Assembly: GCA_040220235.1 (NCBI GenBank)
Contig: JAVJTO010000033.1
Origin: Coleofasciculus sp. B1-GNL1-01
GTDB taxonomy: Bacteria > Cyanobacteriota > Cyanobacteriia > Cyanobacteriales > Coleofasciculaceae
Length of the DNA: 10,492 bases
Reading direction: 5' to 3' (one strand)
Positions 1 through 7,380 of the stretch are shown here, piece after piece. The number at the start of each line of letters is the position of its first letter. The first letter of the stretch is position 1. The notes under the pieces are model-generated. The model saw only the letters and a list, made by a program, of their open reading frames with translations, had not been told where the DNA came from and did not search any database. Position numbers and translations under genes: made by a program.

Positions 1-743
1 CGGCAACGGGTTAAACGACGAATTCTCTGGGAACTTTGACGATTGCTTTTTAAGAGAGATTGTAACTTAGCTCGACGCTGGTTATAAAATTGATTTAGGC
101 TTTTTAACGGTCTGCCATTAATCAACAAAGGAGTAAACTCCGGTTGATTTGAAGTTACAGCCATCAAATTATCTATGCCTAAATCTATCGCGGCTATCTT
201 TTCATTTGGGGTTAAGAACTGTTCTTTTTCTTCATAAATCACCTCGATTACATAACAATCGCACTTGGGGACAATCCTCACTTCTGCTATACGGTTAGCC
301 ACTTGACTGGTCAACTCAATATTAGTTCCTGATAGCTTGACTAATCCTTTTTTTCTAGCTCCTTTACTGATCGCTTGAATTGTATAAATTAGAAGATTTC
401 GTCCTTTTTTAGTATCTTTATAGCCAGGGATTTTCGGTCTACCTATAAATTTATCTGGATGCTTTTTAAATTCAGAGTTCGCGGCGAAAAAAGATTTCCA
501 GTTCCGATCTAATCCCCTTAAAACTTGCTGTGATACTTTAGCGGGTAATGCTTTATATTGTTCTGTATCTTTCATCAAGGAAGCCATCTGATTATAAGTC
601 AAATACCCCTGACCATAAATCCAGTTTTGACGGATGAGATAATTGGCTGAGTTGTAAAGATTTTTAGACTGCCAAGACAAGCGATCTATCGACCTCCAAA
701 AACGATGCCCTTTTTTGATTATATGTCTTTGGGTTAGTAGCAT
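1..743 (-). CDS. tnpB: RNA-guided endonuclease TnpB (IS200/IS605/IS607 family), N-terminal 247 aa; runs off the window
   Basis: Manual translation from ATG at 743: MLLTQRHIIKKGHRFWRSIDRLSWQSKNLYNSANY...YKALPAKVSQQVLRGLDRNWKSFF...GRPKIPGYKD...EVRIVPKCDCYVIEVIYE...IAAIDLGIDNLMAVTSN...LINGRPLKSLNQFYNQRRAKLQS. Open to the window edge. RuvC-I motif IDLG has its catalytic Asp. Absent from the ORF track because there is no stop in the window. Confidence 0.95.
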   Translation of the reverse strand, partial: MLLTQRHIIKKGHRFWRSIDRLSWQSKNLYNSANYLIRQNWIYGQGYLTYNQMASLMKDTEQYKALPAKVSQQVLRGLDRNWKSFFAANSEFKKHPDKFIGRPKIPGYKDTKKGRNLLIYTIQAISKGARKKGLVKLSGTNIELTSQVANRIAEVRIVPKCDCYVIEVIYEEKEQFLTPNEKIAAIDLGIDNLMAVTSNQPEFTPLLINGRPLKSLNQFYNQRRAKLQSLLKSNRQSSQRIRRLTRC

Positions 744-842
744 TATTGTCCGTGAGATTTTAACTCGGGCTTAATCTTTTCGGTTTTCCGTTTCGACCTT
801 CTTAATCCGTACATCCGCGAGCAAATAGTCTGAGCCTTTTAT
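743..842 (-). pseudogene. tnpA: IS607 tnpA (serine recombinase) remnant with large internal deletion
   Basis: Minus strand 823-743 reads CSRMYGLRRSKRKTEKIKPELKSHGQ*, matching the IS607 TnpA C-terminal (F)xARLYGxR motif. Immediately upstream and 1 nt out of frame, 842-825 reads IKGSDY, resembling a decayed MKLSDY N-terminus. Confidence 0.8.
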
Positions 843-880
843 GTCTATATATTACTAAACATGACTATATCCGACTATAT
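841..880 (-). repeat. Four imperfect 10-bp tandem repeats at the IS607 left end (putative TnpA binding sites)
   Basis: Plus strand: ATGTCTATAT / ATTACTAAAC / ATGACTATAT / CCGACTATAT, exact 10-bp period. Confidence 0.75.
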
Positions 881-1004
881 TGTTATTGAAACTTTACAAT
901 GCCTCTCGTGGTAACGGTTTCAGCGCGTTAGCATGATAATGAATCGGGTCATGAGCCTGATCGCAGGTTTTCTAGTCCATATTCAGGTCGTGTAACGGAA
1001 GGTT

Positions 1005-2447
1005 ATGGAATTTTTGTCTGATACCGTCGTGCTGTCACGTCTGCAATTTGCGGTGACAGCTATTTTTCACATGCTTTGGCCCGTTCTCACCACAGGGATG
1101 GGGATTTACCTGGTTATCGTGGAAGGACTATGGCTGAAGACGCGCAATCCGGATTATTATTACCATGCTCGCTTCTGGTCGAAGCTGTATGTCCTCAACT
1201 TTGGCATCGGCGTCGCCACAGGTGTGCCGATGGAATTTCAGTTTGGCACCAACTGGGCATCCTTTTCCGAGGCGGTTGGTAATTTTTTTGGCAGCATTCT
1301 CGGCTTTGAAGCGTCGATGGCGTTCATGCTAGAAGCGGCGTTTTTGGGGATTATGGTGTTTGGTTGGCAGCGGGTTCATCCCATCATGCACTACGTTGCC
1401 ACTATCCTTGTAGCATTCGGGGCGAACTTATCCACGTTCTGGATTTTAGCTGCCAATTCCTGGATGCAAACTCCAGCCGGGGGAGAATTTGTTGATGGTA
1501 AGTTTATTGTCAGTGATTATTTTCAGGCAATTTTTAATCCCTTCATGATGAACAGTGTCTTACACATGTTCTTTGGCACCCTGGAGACATCACTGTTTGT
1601 GATTGGCGGGATTAGCGCTTGGTACATTCTCAACAAACGCCATTCAGCCTTCTTTTCTAAGGCGTTGAAAATTGTTTTAGCCGTTGCGATCGCAGTCGCC
1701 CCCTTACAGATCTATATTGGACATTTAAGTGGCGAACAAGTATATCATCATCAGCCGTCTAAACTAGCGGCGATGGAAGCACAGTGGGAAACCATACCCG
1801 CAGGCGTTGCGGCAGATTGGAGTCTTTTGGCATTGCCGAATGAAACCGCTGAACAAAATGATTGGGAAATTAAAGTTCCCAATGCGTTGGGATATATCCT
1901 GGAATTCAAAAAAGAATTACCAGAACCTGTATTGGGATTGAAGGAATGGAAACCCGAAGATCGACCCCATCTGTTAGGGTTAATCTACTATTCTTTCCGG
2001 ATTATGATTGCCATTGGTTTCTTCTTCGCCGGATTAATGCTGGTGAGTGTACTGCAATGGCTACGGGGTAAGCTTTCGCCGGAAAACATTACCCAGCAGC
2101 GTTGGCTTCTGTTTGCCTGGATTTTTGCCGCACCCCTGGGTTATATTGCGGTTGAATCCGGCTGGATTGTTCGCTGTGTGGGACGACAACCCTGGACGGT
2201 TTATGGGCAGATCCGCACCGTAGATGCCGTGTCTAATGTTCCAGCCAGTAATGTGTTAACCTCGTTACTCTGTTTCAGTGGGGTTTATACCCTATTATTT
2301 TGTGCCGCTTTATTTTTCGGCAGTCGAATTATCCGCCGAGGTCCCAATTTCAACCTCCCTTTACCGAGTTCTGAAACTCAAGAAGGAGTCAACACTGCTC
2401 CGGGACAATTTATTCCCGATGAACGTCCCCTAGAAACGCAACAGTAG
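1005..2447 (+). CDS. cydA: Cytochrome bd ubiquinol oxidase subunit I
   Basis: LSRLQFAVTAIFH (heme His), GVATGVPMEFQFGTNW, EAAFLG, ANSWMQTPAG, QPSKLAAMEAQW, YYSFRIM, GWIVRCVGRQPW; RBS GGAAGG. Confidence 0.98.
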   Translation: MEFLSDTVVLSRLQFAVTAIFHMLWPVLTTGMGIYLVIVEGLWLKTRNPDYYYHARFWSKLYVLNFGIGVATGVPMEFQFGTNWASFSEAVGNFFGSILGFEASMAFMLEAAFLGIMVFGWQRVHPIMHYVATILVAFGANLSTFWILAANSWMQTPAGGEFVDGKFIVSDYFQAIFNPFMMNSVLHMFFGTLETSLFVIGGISAWYILNKRHSAFFSKALKIVLAVAIAVAPLQIYIGHLSGEQVYHHQPSKLAAMEAQWETIPAGVAADWSLLALPNETAEQNDWEIKVPNALGYILEFKKELPEPVLGLKEWKPEDRPHLLGLIYYSFRIMIAIGFFFAGLMLVSVLQWLRGKLSPENITQQRWLLFAWIFAAPLGYIAVESGWIVRCVGRQPWTVYGQIRTVDAVSNVPASNVLTSLLCFSGVYTLLFCAALFFGSRIIRRGPNFNLPLPSSETQEGVNTAPGQFIPDERPLETQQ

Positions 2448-2455
2448 GAGGTTAT

Positions 2456-3469
2456 ATGGAGACATTATCCTATTTTCTTCCCCAAGTTTGGTTTGCCATT
2501 TTAGCCTTGTTTCTCTTCCTCTACGTGATGCTAGATGGATTTGATCTAGGGGTGGGCATTTTATCCTTGACCTCTTCAACTGAGGAACGCCGGGGTATTT
2601 TAATGACCAGTTTAGGTAATGTTTGGGATGCTAACGAAACCTGGCTGGTGATTATGGGAGGCGGGTTGTTTGGCGCATTTCCTTTAGCCTACGGCACGAT
2701 TTTAAATGCCTTGTACATCCCCATTTTCTTAATGGTGTTTGGCTTTATCTTTCGGGCGGTGGCGTTTGAGTTTCGCGAACAAGCGGATCGCAAGTTCTTC
2801 TGGAATTTAGCCTTTGGTGTCGGCAGTTTTAGTGCAGCACTGGGTCAAGGATTTTCTTTGGGGGCTGTACTATCAGGAATTACGGTTGATCAAGCGGGTC
2901 ATTTTATTGGCGGCACTTGGGATTGGCTCACCTGGCAATCTGTTGTTGTGGCGTTGACATTGATTCAAGGCTATGTGTTGATTGGCTCAACCTATTTGGT
3001 TTTGAAAACAGAGGGAGAATTACAAACCACCCATTATAAGACTGCTAGAATTGCCGCGATCACCACGCTAATTGGTGCGATCGTAATTACGATTACCACG
3101 CCTATCTTTTATGAATATGCGCGATCGCGTCTTTTTTCTCAACCTCAAGTGTATATCTTCGCCGCTATCCCGCTCCTGGGAATTACCCTAATTTGGCTAC
3201 TCTGGAGAAGTCTGGATCGACAGGAAGAGAGAACACCATTAATTTGGACGATTCTCCTGTTTTTACTGACATTCCTAGGATTAGCCTTGGTTGTATTTCC
3301 CTACATTATCCCCACTCAAATCACCATTTATGATGCCGCTGCTGACCCCAGTGCGCTGGTGTTCATGATCATCTTTATCGGCGTTCTGATTCCGATTATG
3401 TTGGCATACAACATCTATCAATACATTGTGTTTCGGGGTAAAGTCAGGGGTGAACATTATGGAGAATAG
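2456..3469 (+). CDS. cydB: Cytochrome bd ubiquinol oxidase subunit II
   Basis: YVMLDGFDLGVG, WDANETWLV, LFGAFPLAY, FRAVAFEFR, FPYIIP, YIVFRGKV; RBS AGGAGG overlapping the cydA stop. Confidence 0.98.
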   Translation: METLSYFLPQVWFAILALFLFLYVMLDGFDLGVGILSLTSSTEERRGILMTSLGNVWDANETWLVIMGGGLFGAFPLAYGTILNALYIPIFLMVFGFIFRAVAFEFREQADRKFFWNLAFGVGSFSAALGQGFSLGAVLSGITVDQAGHFIGGTWDWLTWQSVVVALTLIQGYVLIGSTYLVLKTEGELQTTHYKTARIAAITTLIGAIVITITTPIFYEYARSRLFSQPQVYIFAAIPLLGITLIWLLWRSLDRQEERTPLIWTILLFLLTFLGLALVVFPYIIPTQITIYDAAADPSALVFMIIFIGVLIPIMLAYNIYQYIVFRGKVRGEHYGE

Positions 3470-3529
3470 CAGGGCTAATTTTTCGCAATAAATCTGCCCA
3501 ACTCCGTAATGGAACAGAATAAAACCTGT

Positions 3530-3600
3530 GTAGGGGCGACCCGCTTGTATCACTGAACTATCCAAGTCCACTCAATTTGATTGGGTCGCCCTTTCCTTTT
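3530..3600. repeat. GTAG-capped REP-like inverted repeat downstream of cydB; possible terminator or mRNA stabiliser
   Basis: GTAG+GGGCGACCC (3534-3542) pairs with GGGTCGCCC (3583-3591) around a 40-nt loop, followed by a T-rich tract. Confidence 0.6.
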
Positions 3601-3629
3601 CTTAAATACACCGACAACAATCGTAACCT

Positions 3630-4250
3630 ATGACAGCCAATTCCAATCAACCCAATCCCAATGACGCCGTTTTAGGCGGACAAGGTTTCCCATTAAATTC
3701 TGGTGTACTGGGTGGCTTAGAGGGAGTTAAACAACGTTTGACGAGTGAGTCTGAAGAAATCAGAATGGCGGCTTTAGACGAGGCGCTCAACTATGGTCAG
3801 CCGGGGAAAGATGTGCTACGCCAAGTAGTAAAAAACGAGACAGGTGATTTACAGTTAATAGCCTATAATTTACTCTCTCAACAGGTTAATGAGAAAGAGA
3901 AACAAGAATTACAAACTTATTTGCCTCCAGAATTACAAATTTATCTCAAGTTTGACCTTGAAATTGACTCGAAAGAATTAGGGGAAGCGATTGAGCGAGC
4001 CGTCGATCGCGCGTTAGGGCGTCGAGAAATAGCCAGTGCCGATAGTCACGGTATTCTTTTAGCAGGCACAGCACCAATGCCAGCAGGCTCAGCAGTGGCT
4101 CCTCCGGAAACAGCGGGTGTAATATCTGTAGACCAAGTTAATGATCAGGCGGGGAATAACTCTAAAGCTGATATAGCTAACGATCCACCGACTAAAACGT
4201 TAGGTTTACTGAGACAATGGTTGAAAAATAAAATGAATCGACAGCGTTAA
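3630..4250 (+). CDS. Hypothetical protein with cyanobacterial N-terminal 'DAVLGGQ...LGGLEGVKQRL...AL.EALNYG..G' HEAT-like module
   Basis: 206-aa ORF. The N-terminal ~85 aa resemble a module I recall fused to various C-terminal domains in filamentous cyanobacteria. C-terminal half not recognised. Confidence 0.75.
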   Translation: MTANSNQPNPNDAVLGGQGFPLNSGVLGGLEGVKQRLTSESEEIRMAALDEALNYGQPGKDVLRQVVKNETGDLQLIAYNLLSQQVNEKEKQELQTYLPPELQIYLKFDLEIDSKELGEAIERAVDRALGRREIASADSHGILLAGTAPMPAGSAVAPPETAGVISVDQVNDQAGNNSKADIANDPPTKTLGLLRQWLKNKMNRQR

Positions 4251-4332
4251 TTCAATCAAATATTTGCTTCCAAAAATTAAACCCCGTTGTCTCATCGTTA
4301 AATTCCAAATAAATTCTCATTCTTTAAGGGAA

Positions 4333-4899
4333 ATGGCTAATTCAAGAAAAGATAGAACACAGCCGAGTCAGGCAACACCAATACCGTCAAAAACGGCACA
4401 TCCCAAAGATAGTAAATCTTCACTCTGTCCTAGCGCTCCCCCTGATACTAAAGATAGCGTTGTCTTCGGTATAGTAGGTGGCACTGTTGACAGTCCACAA
4501 GTAGCATATCTGCGGGAACCTCAGCCAATAACGGATGAATTACTAGCATTATCTGAACCCGTTGATCCAACCGAAGTCTATCGAATCGCTGCTCCTTGCT
4601 GGGAACGGGGGTGTCAACATTTTGATGGACATCAATGCCATCTTATTCAACAAATTGTCGAGGGATTACCGACAGTGGTGAAAGACTTACCACCCTGTCG
4701 CATTCGTCAAGATTGTCGATGGTGGCAACAGGAAGGAAAAGCTGCCTGTCTCCGTTGTCCTCAAATTGTCCGCACGAATTATAGTATGTCTGAAACCGTT
4801 AAAAAAGTCATTAAACCACACCGCGATCGCGAAATTATAGCGCTACGCGAAGCGGGAATAGGGAATGGGGAATGGGGAATAGGGAATGGGAAAATGTAG
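4333..4899 (+). CDS. Cys-rich putative metal-binding protein of unknown function
   Basis: ATG at 4333 with RBS AAGGGA is preferred over TTG at 4264. Eight Cys: LCPSA, CWERGCQHF, QC, CRIRQDCRWW, CLRCP. The last ~25 codons derive from the downstream repeat. Confidence 0.8.
   Translation: MANSRKDRTQPSQATPIPSKTAHPKDSKSSLCPSAPPDTKDSVVFGIVGGTVDSPQVAYLREPQPITDELLALSEPVDPTEVYRIAAPCWERGCQHFDGHQCHLIQQIVEGLPTVVKDLPPCRIRQDCRWWQQEGKAACLRCPQIVRTNYSMSETVKKVIKPHRDREIIALREAGIGNGEWGIGNGKM
4854..4888 (+). repeat. STRR-like heptamer array GGGAAT(A/G) x5 (x4 at 7477-7504)
   Basis: GGGAATA GGGAATG GGGAATG GGGAATA GGGAATG. Confidence 0.9.
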
Positions 4900-4923
4900 A
4901 GACTTAACATACTACGTCTCTAC
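4896..4923. repeat. REP-like palindrome GTAGAGAC-N12-GTCTCTAC (second copy 7512-7539)
   Basis: Perfect 8-bp arms with GTAG/CTAC ends. Confidence 0.85.
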
Positions 4924-4948
4924 GTGATCAAGGGATTGACCCTTCGAC

Positions 4949-4996
4949 TTGACGTTCAATTTCCACGTCGTTATCCTAAATAGTACAAAAGTATTA
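4949..4996 (+). promoter_or_regulatory. Sigma70-type promoter with a LexA-like operator over the predicted transcription start
   Basis: TTGACG (4949-4954)-N17-TATCCT (4972-4977), then TAGTACAAAAGTATTA (4981-4996), one mismatch to the cyanobacterial LexA consensus RGTAC-NNND-GTWCB; 14 nt before ATG 5011. Confidence 0.65.
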
Positions 4997-5010
4997 TCAA
5001 CGAGACCACC

Positions 5011-7275
5011 ATGAGTGATTCCGGACAACCTCCACGTCGTCGCAGACGGCGAAATAGTGCATTTGACGACGAATCGAATCATCCCGATCAATCGACACAG
5101 CCGCAACACCAAGGTCAATTAACCCGAACCGAACGCCAAGAAATTGTTGATCTTCTGCGTCAAGAAAGTGCTGATAATTTCCTGAAACGAGCCATAGAAA
5201 TTGGACTAAACCCTAAAACTGACTTTGCTGAACTTAATTTATCGGGAGTCAATCTAAGTTCTGCTAGTCTGCAAGGTGCTGATTTAACTGGGGTCGATTT
5301 ATCTCAAGCTAACTTGAGTAATGCTCACCTGAATCAGGCTAAATTGACTAACGCCAATTTACAACAGGCTGATTTAAGCAACGCTAATCTCAACGATGCT
5401 AATTTAAATAATGCCAACTTAGAAGAAGCAAATTTAGAAAATGCCAAGTTAGCCGCCATTAAACTGCAAGGAGCTAAGTGCGATCGCGCTAATTTTCAAG
5501 GGGTTCGCTTTTATTATCAATTCAAAGATCAACCCCATCAGACTGACAATCTGAGCCAGATTAGTTTCAAGGGGGCGAATTTTGCGAATACGTCTTTGGC
5601 TGGACTAACTGGAATTGGAATAAATTTGAGCAACTCTGACCTCAGTCATGCCAATCTGAATCATGCTAATCTCAGTGGGGCTAATCTGACTAATGCTAAT
5701 TTAGAAGGGGCAAATTTAGAAAATGCTAATTTAGCTAAAATTAAACTGCAAGGAGCTAAGTGCGATCGCGCCAACTTTCAAGGTGCTCGCTTCGGTCAAG
5801 GAGATGATTTCAGCCACATTAGTTTTAAGGGAGCCAATTTTGCGAACACTTCTTTATCTAGACTAAACTTTAGCCATTCCGATCTCAGTCATGCCAATTT
5901 TCAGCAAGCGCAATTAACTCAGAGCGATCTGAATCATGCCAACTTAAAAGGAGCCAATTTCCAGGGAGTAACCCTCAATCAAGTCACCCTAAAAGGAGCA
6001 ATCATTGATGAACAAACCCAAATGGCTGCCAGTTGGCGCAAGGTTATAGCTGTTCTCAATCAAACCCATGAGGATTTAGAGTTACAAAATCTTGACCTCA
6101 GTCGCCAGGATTTGTCAGAATTTAACCTAGCGGGGGCTAACTTGAGTCATGCTGACTTGACATCGGTAAATTTGGAAAATGCCAACCTCAAAGGTGCTAA
6201 TTTAACGGGAGTCGATTTGAGTAAGGCAAACCTTCTTGGAACTCAGATTGATGAAACAACGAATCTTGACCCAATGTGGCGCAGGGCTTGGGCTGCTGTT
6301 AATTCTCCTCTAGACGCAGAATCCTCAAATTATGTGATCAGGAGAGTAATGCCAGCCATTCTAGAACGTTATCGCGATCGCATCGAAGCAGCCATTAAAC
6401 CTTATCTTGGGATTGACCTTGTTCCCGACGATACTTTAACTTGGTGGAGTAGTAAGTTTCCGGGAGAGCAAATCAGTCGGGCTGGCTTGCCCTATTTGCC
6501 CAAGGGGATGAGCTATCCTCAAACACCAGACGGGGAGTATTTGCATCTGCTGATTCAGATTAATTTTGCCGAAGCGCCACCTGCGGAGCCATTTCCACAG
6601 CAGGGGATTCTTCAGGTTTTTATTGCCGATAGTGGCTATTACGGTTGTCTCCACGAACATTATAGTGAATTTGATAATACTGACTGGTTTCAACAAACAA
6701 CCTTCTGTATCCGCTATTTTGCTGATCCAGATATGGATGAGGCCAATCTAGAAACCAACTTTGACTTCTTGCCCGACAAAAACCCAGAGCTTAGAGATCT
6801 GGACGCAGTAGCAGATTTTAGCATTGTGTACGCATATCCCCCCACTTGTTCAGCAATTCAGTGGAGTTCTGGTAAGGAATTCATGCCATCAGAGGACTAT
6901 CAGTTTTATGAGGTGATGTTTCATGATCTCGATCGGAGCGATCGCCAAGCTGCGAGTCGCTTCATTGATGAATTCAGGGAAGCCTATGACGATTATTCTT
7001 GGGAAGGGAAGTTTGAAGAAACGACTACAGGTAAACCTGAAGATTCTACCCGTAGATATACTCGCATATCTGCCCAGCTCGGTGGCTGTACTCTCTTTCC
7101 CCAAGAAGATCCACGGGAGTATTCGACGGGTTTTGAGGGACTTGATGGCCCACTGGATACGATGCTGCTCCAAATATCTCTATCAGGAGAAGTTCTTTGG
7201 TTTTACATACAGCAATCGGATTTAATCCGGCAGGATTTTTCCCGTGTTTTTTATGTAGTAGAATCCACTGTCTGA
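5011..7275 (+). CDS. Pentapeptide-repeat protein fused to a C-terminal YwqG/DUF1963-like domain
   Basis: A(N/D)Lxx repeats from about 5221 to 6260. The C-terminal region has SKF...GLPYLPKGMSYPQTPDGEYLHLLIQINFAEAP...FPQQGILQVFI, QLGG...QEDPR, LLQIS and FYIQQSDLIRQDFSRV, matching the YwqG pattern. Confidence 0.88.
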   Translation: MSDSGQPPRRRRRRNSAFDDESNHPDQSTQPQHQGQLTRTERQEIVDLLRQESADNFLKRAIEIGLNPKTDFAELNLSGVNLSSASLQGADLTGVDLSQANLSNAHLNQAKLTNANLQQADLSNANLNDANLNNANLEEANLENAKLAAIKLQGAKCDRANFQGVRFYYQFKDQPHQTDNLSQISFKGANFANTSLAGLTGIGINLSNSDLSHANLNHANLSGANLTNANLEGANLENANLAKIKLQGAKCDRANFQGARFGQGDDFSHISFKGANFANTSLSRLNFSHSDLSHANFQQAQLTQSDLNHANLKGANFQGVTLNQVTLKGAIIDEQTQMAASWRKVIAVLNQTHEDLELQNLDLSRQDLSEFNLAGANLSHADLTSVNLENANLKGANLTGVDLSKANLLGTQIDETTNLDPMWRRAWAAVNSPLDAESSNYVIRRVMPAILERYRDRIEAAIKPYLGIDLVPDDTLTWWSSKFPGEQISRAGLPYLPKGMSYPQTPDGEYLHLLIQINFAEAPPAEPFPQQGILQVFIADSGYYGCLHEHYSEFDNTDWFQQTTFCIRYFADPDMDEANLETNFDFLPDKNPELRDLDAVADFSIVYAYPPTCSAIQWSSGKEFMPSEDYQFYEVMFHDLDRSDRQAASRFIDEFREAYDDYSWEGKFEETTTGKPEDSTRRYTRISAQLGGCTLFPQEDPREYSTGFEGLDGPLDTMLLQISLSGEVLWFYIQQSDLIRQDFSRVFYVVESTV

Positions 7276-7296
7276 TGTAGGGGGCACACCCACGAC

Positions 7297-7380
7297 TGAA
7301 GCCACGGGCATGACAATGCCCTCGCGGTCAAAGGCTTCTTTGAGGATTTTGCGTAAATCTCCCTGGATATCTGTCGCGTG
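7297..7380 (-). pseudogene. Possible orphan C-terminal fragment of an MscS-family mechanosensitive channel
   Basis: Reads HATDIQGDLRKILKEAFDREGIVMPVAS, resembling the MscS LRxxxKxAFDxxGIxxP tail. In-frame TGA immediately upstream and no start codon. Confidence 0.5.

Larger units (their letters stand above)
1..903 (-). mobile_element. IS607-family element (non-autonomous, tnpA deleted, tnpB retained); left end at about 903, continues off the left edge of the window
   Basis: On the minus strand: GG dinucleotide (plus CC 902-903), subterminal 10-bp direct repeats (841-880), a serine-recombinase tnpA remnant whose stop overlaps the tnpB start (TAATG), then tnpB. AT-rich with no HIP1 sites. The exact boundary is inferred. 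Confidence 0.8.
4823..5041 (+). repeat. Direct repeat copy 1 (219 bp): HIP1 + heptamer repeats + REP-like palindrome + promoter + first 10 codons of the pentapeptide gene
   Basis: Aligns to 7446-7657 with 2 substitutions and one 7-bp unit indel. Confidence 0.97.

Noticed and set aside
744..903. IStron (group I intron fused to IS607)
   Set aside because: Only ~160 bp lie between the left end and tnpB, all explained by repeats and the tnpA remnant; no room for a ribozyme core, and this flank is intergenic.
3470..3629. Small cydX/cydS-type subunit downstream of cydB
   Set aside because: No convincing short hydrophobic ORF with an RBS; the region is occupied by a REP-like element.
4264..4332. 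TTG start giving a 211-aa ORF
   Set aside because: AT-rich, intergenic-like sequence; ATG 4333 has an RBS.
4333..4899. Nitrogen-fixation function for the Cys-rich protein
   Set aside because: No nif genes or recognisable nif motifs in the window.
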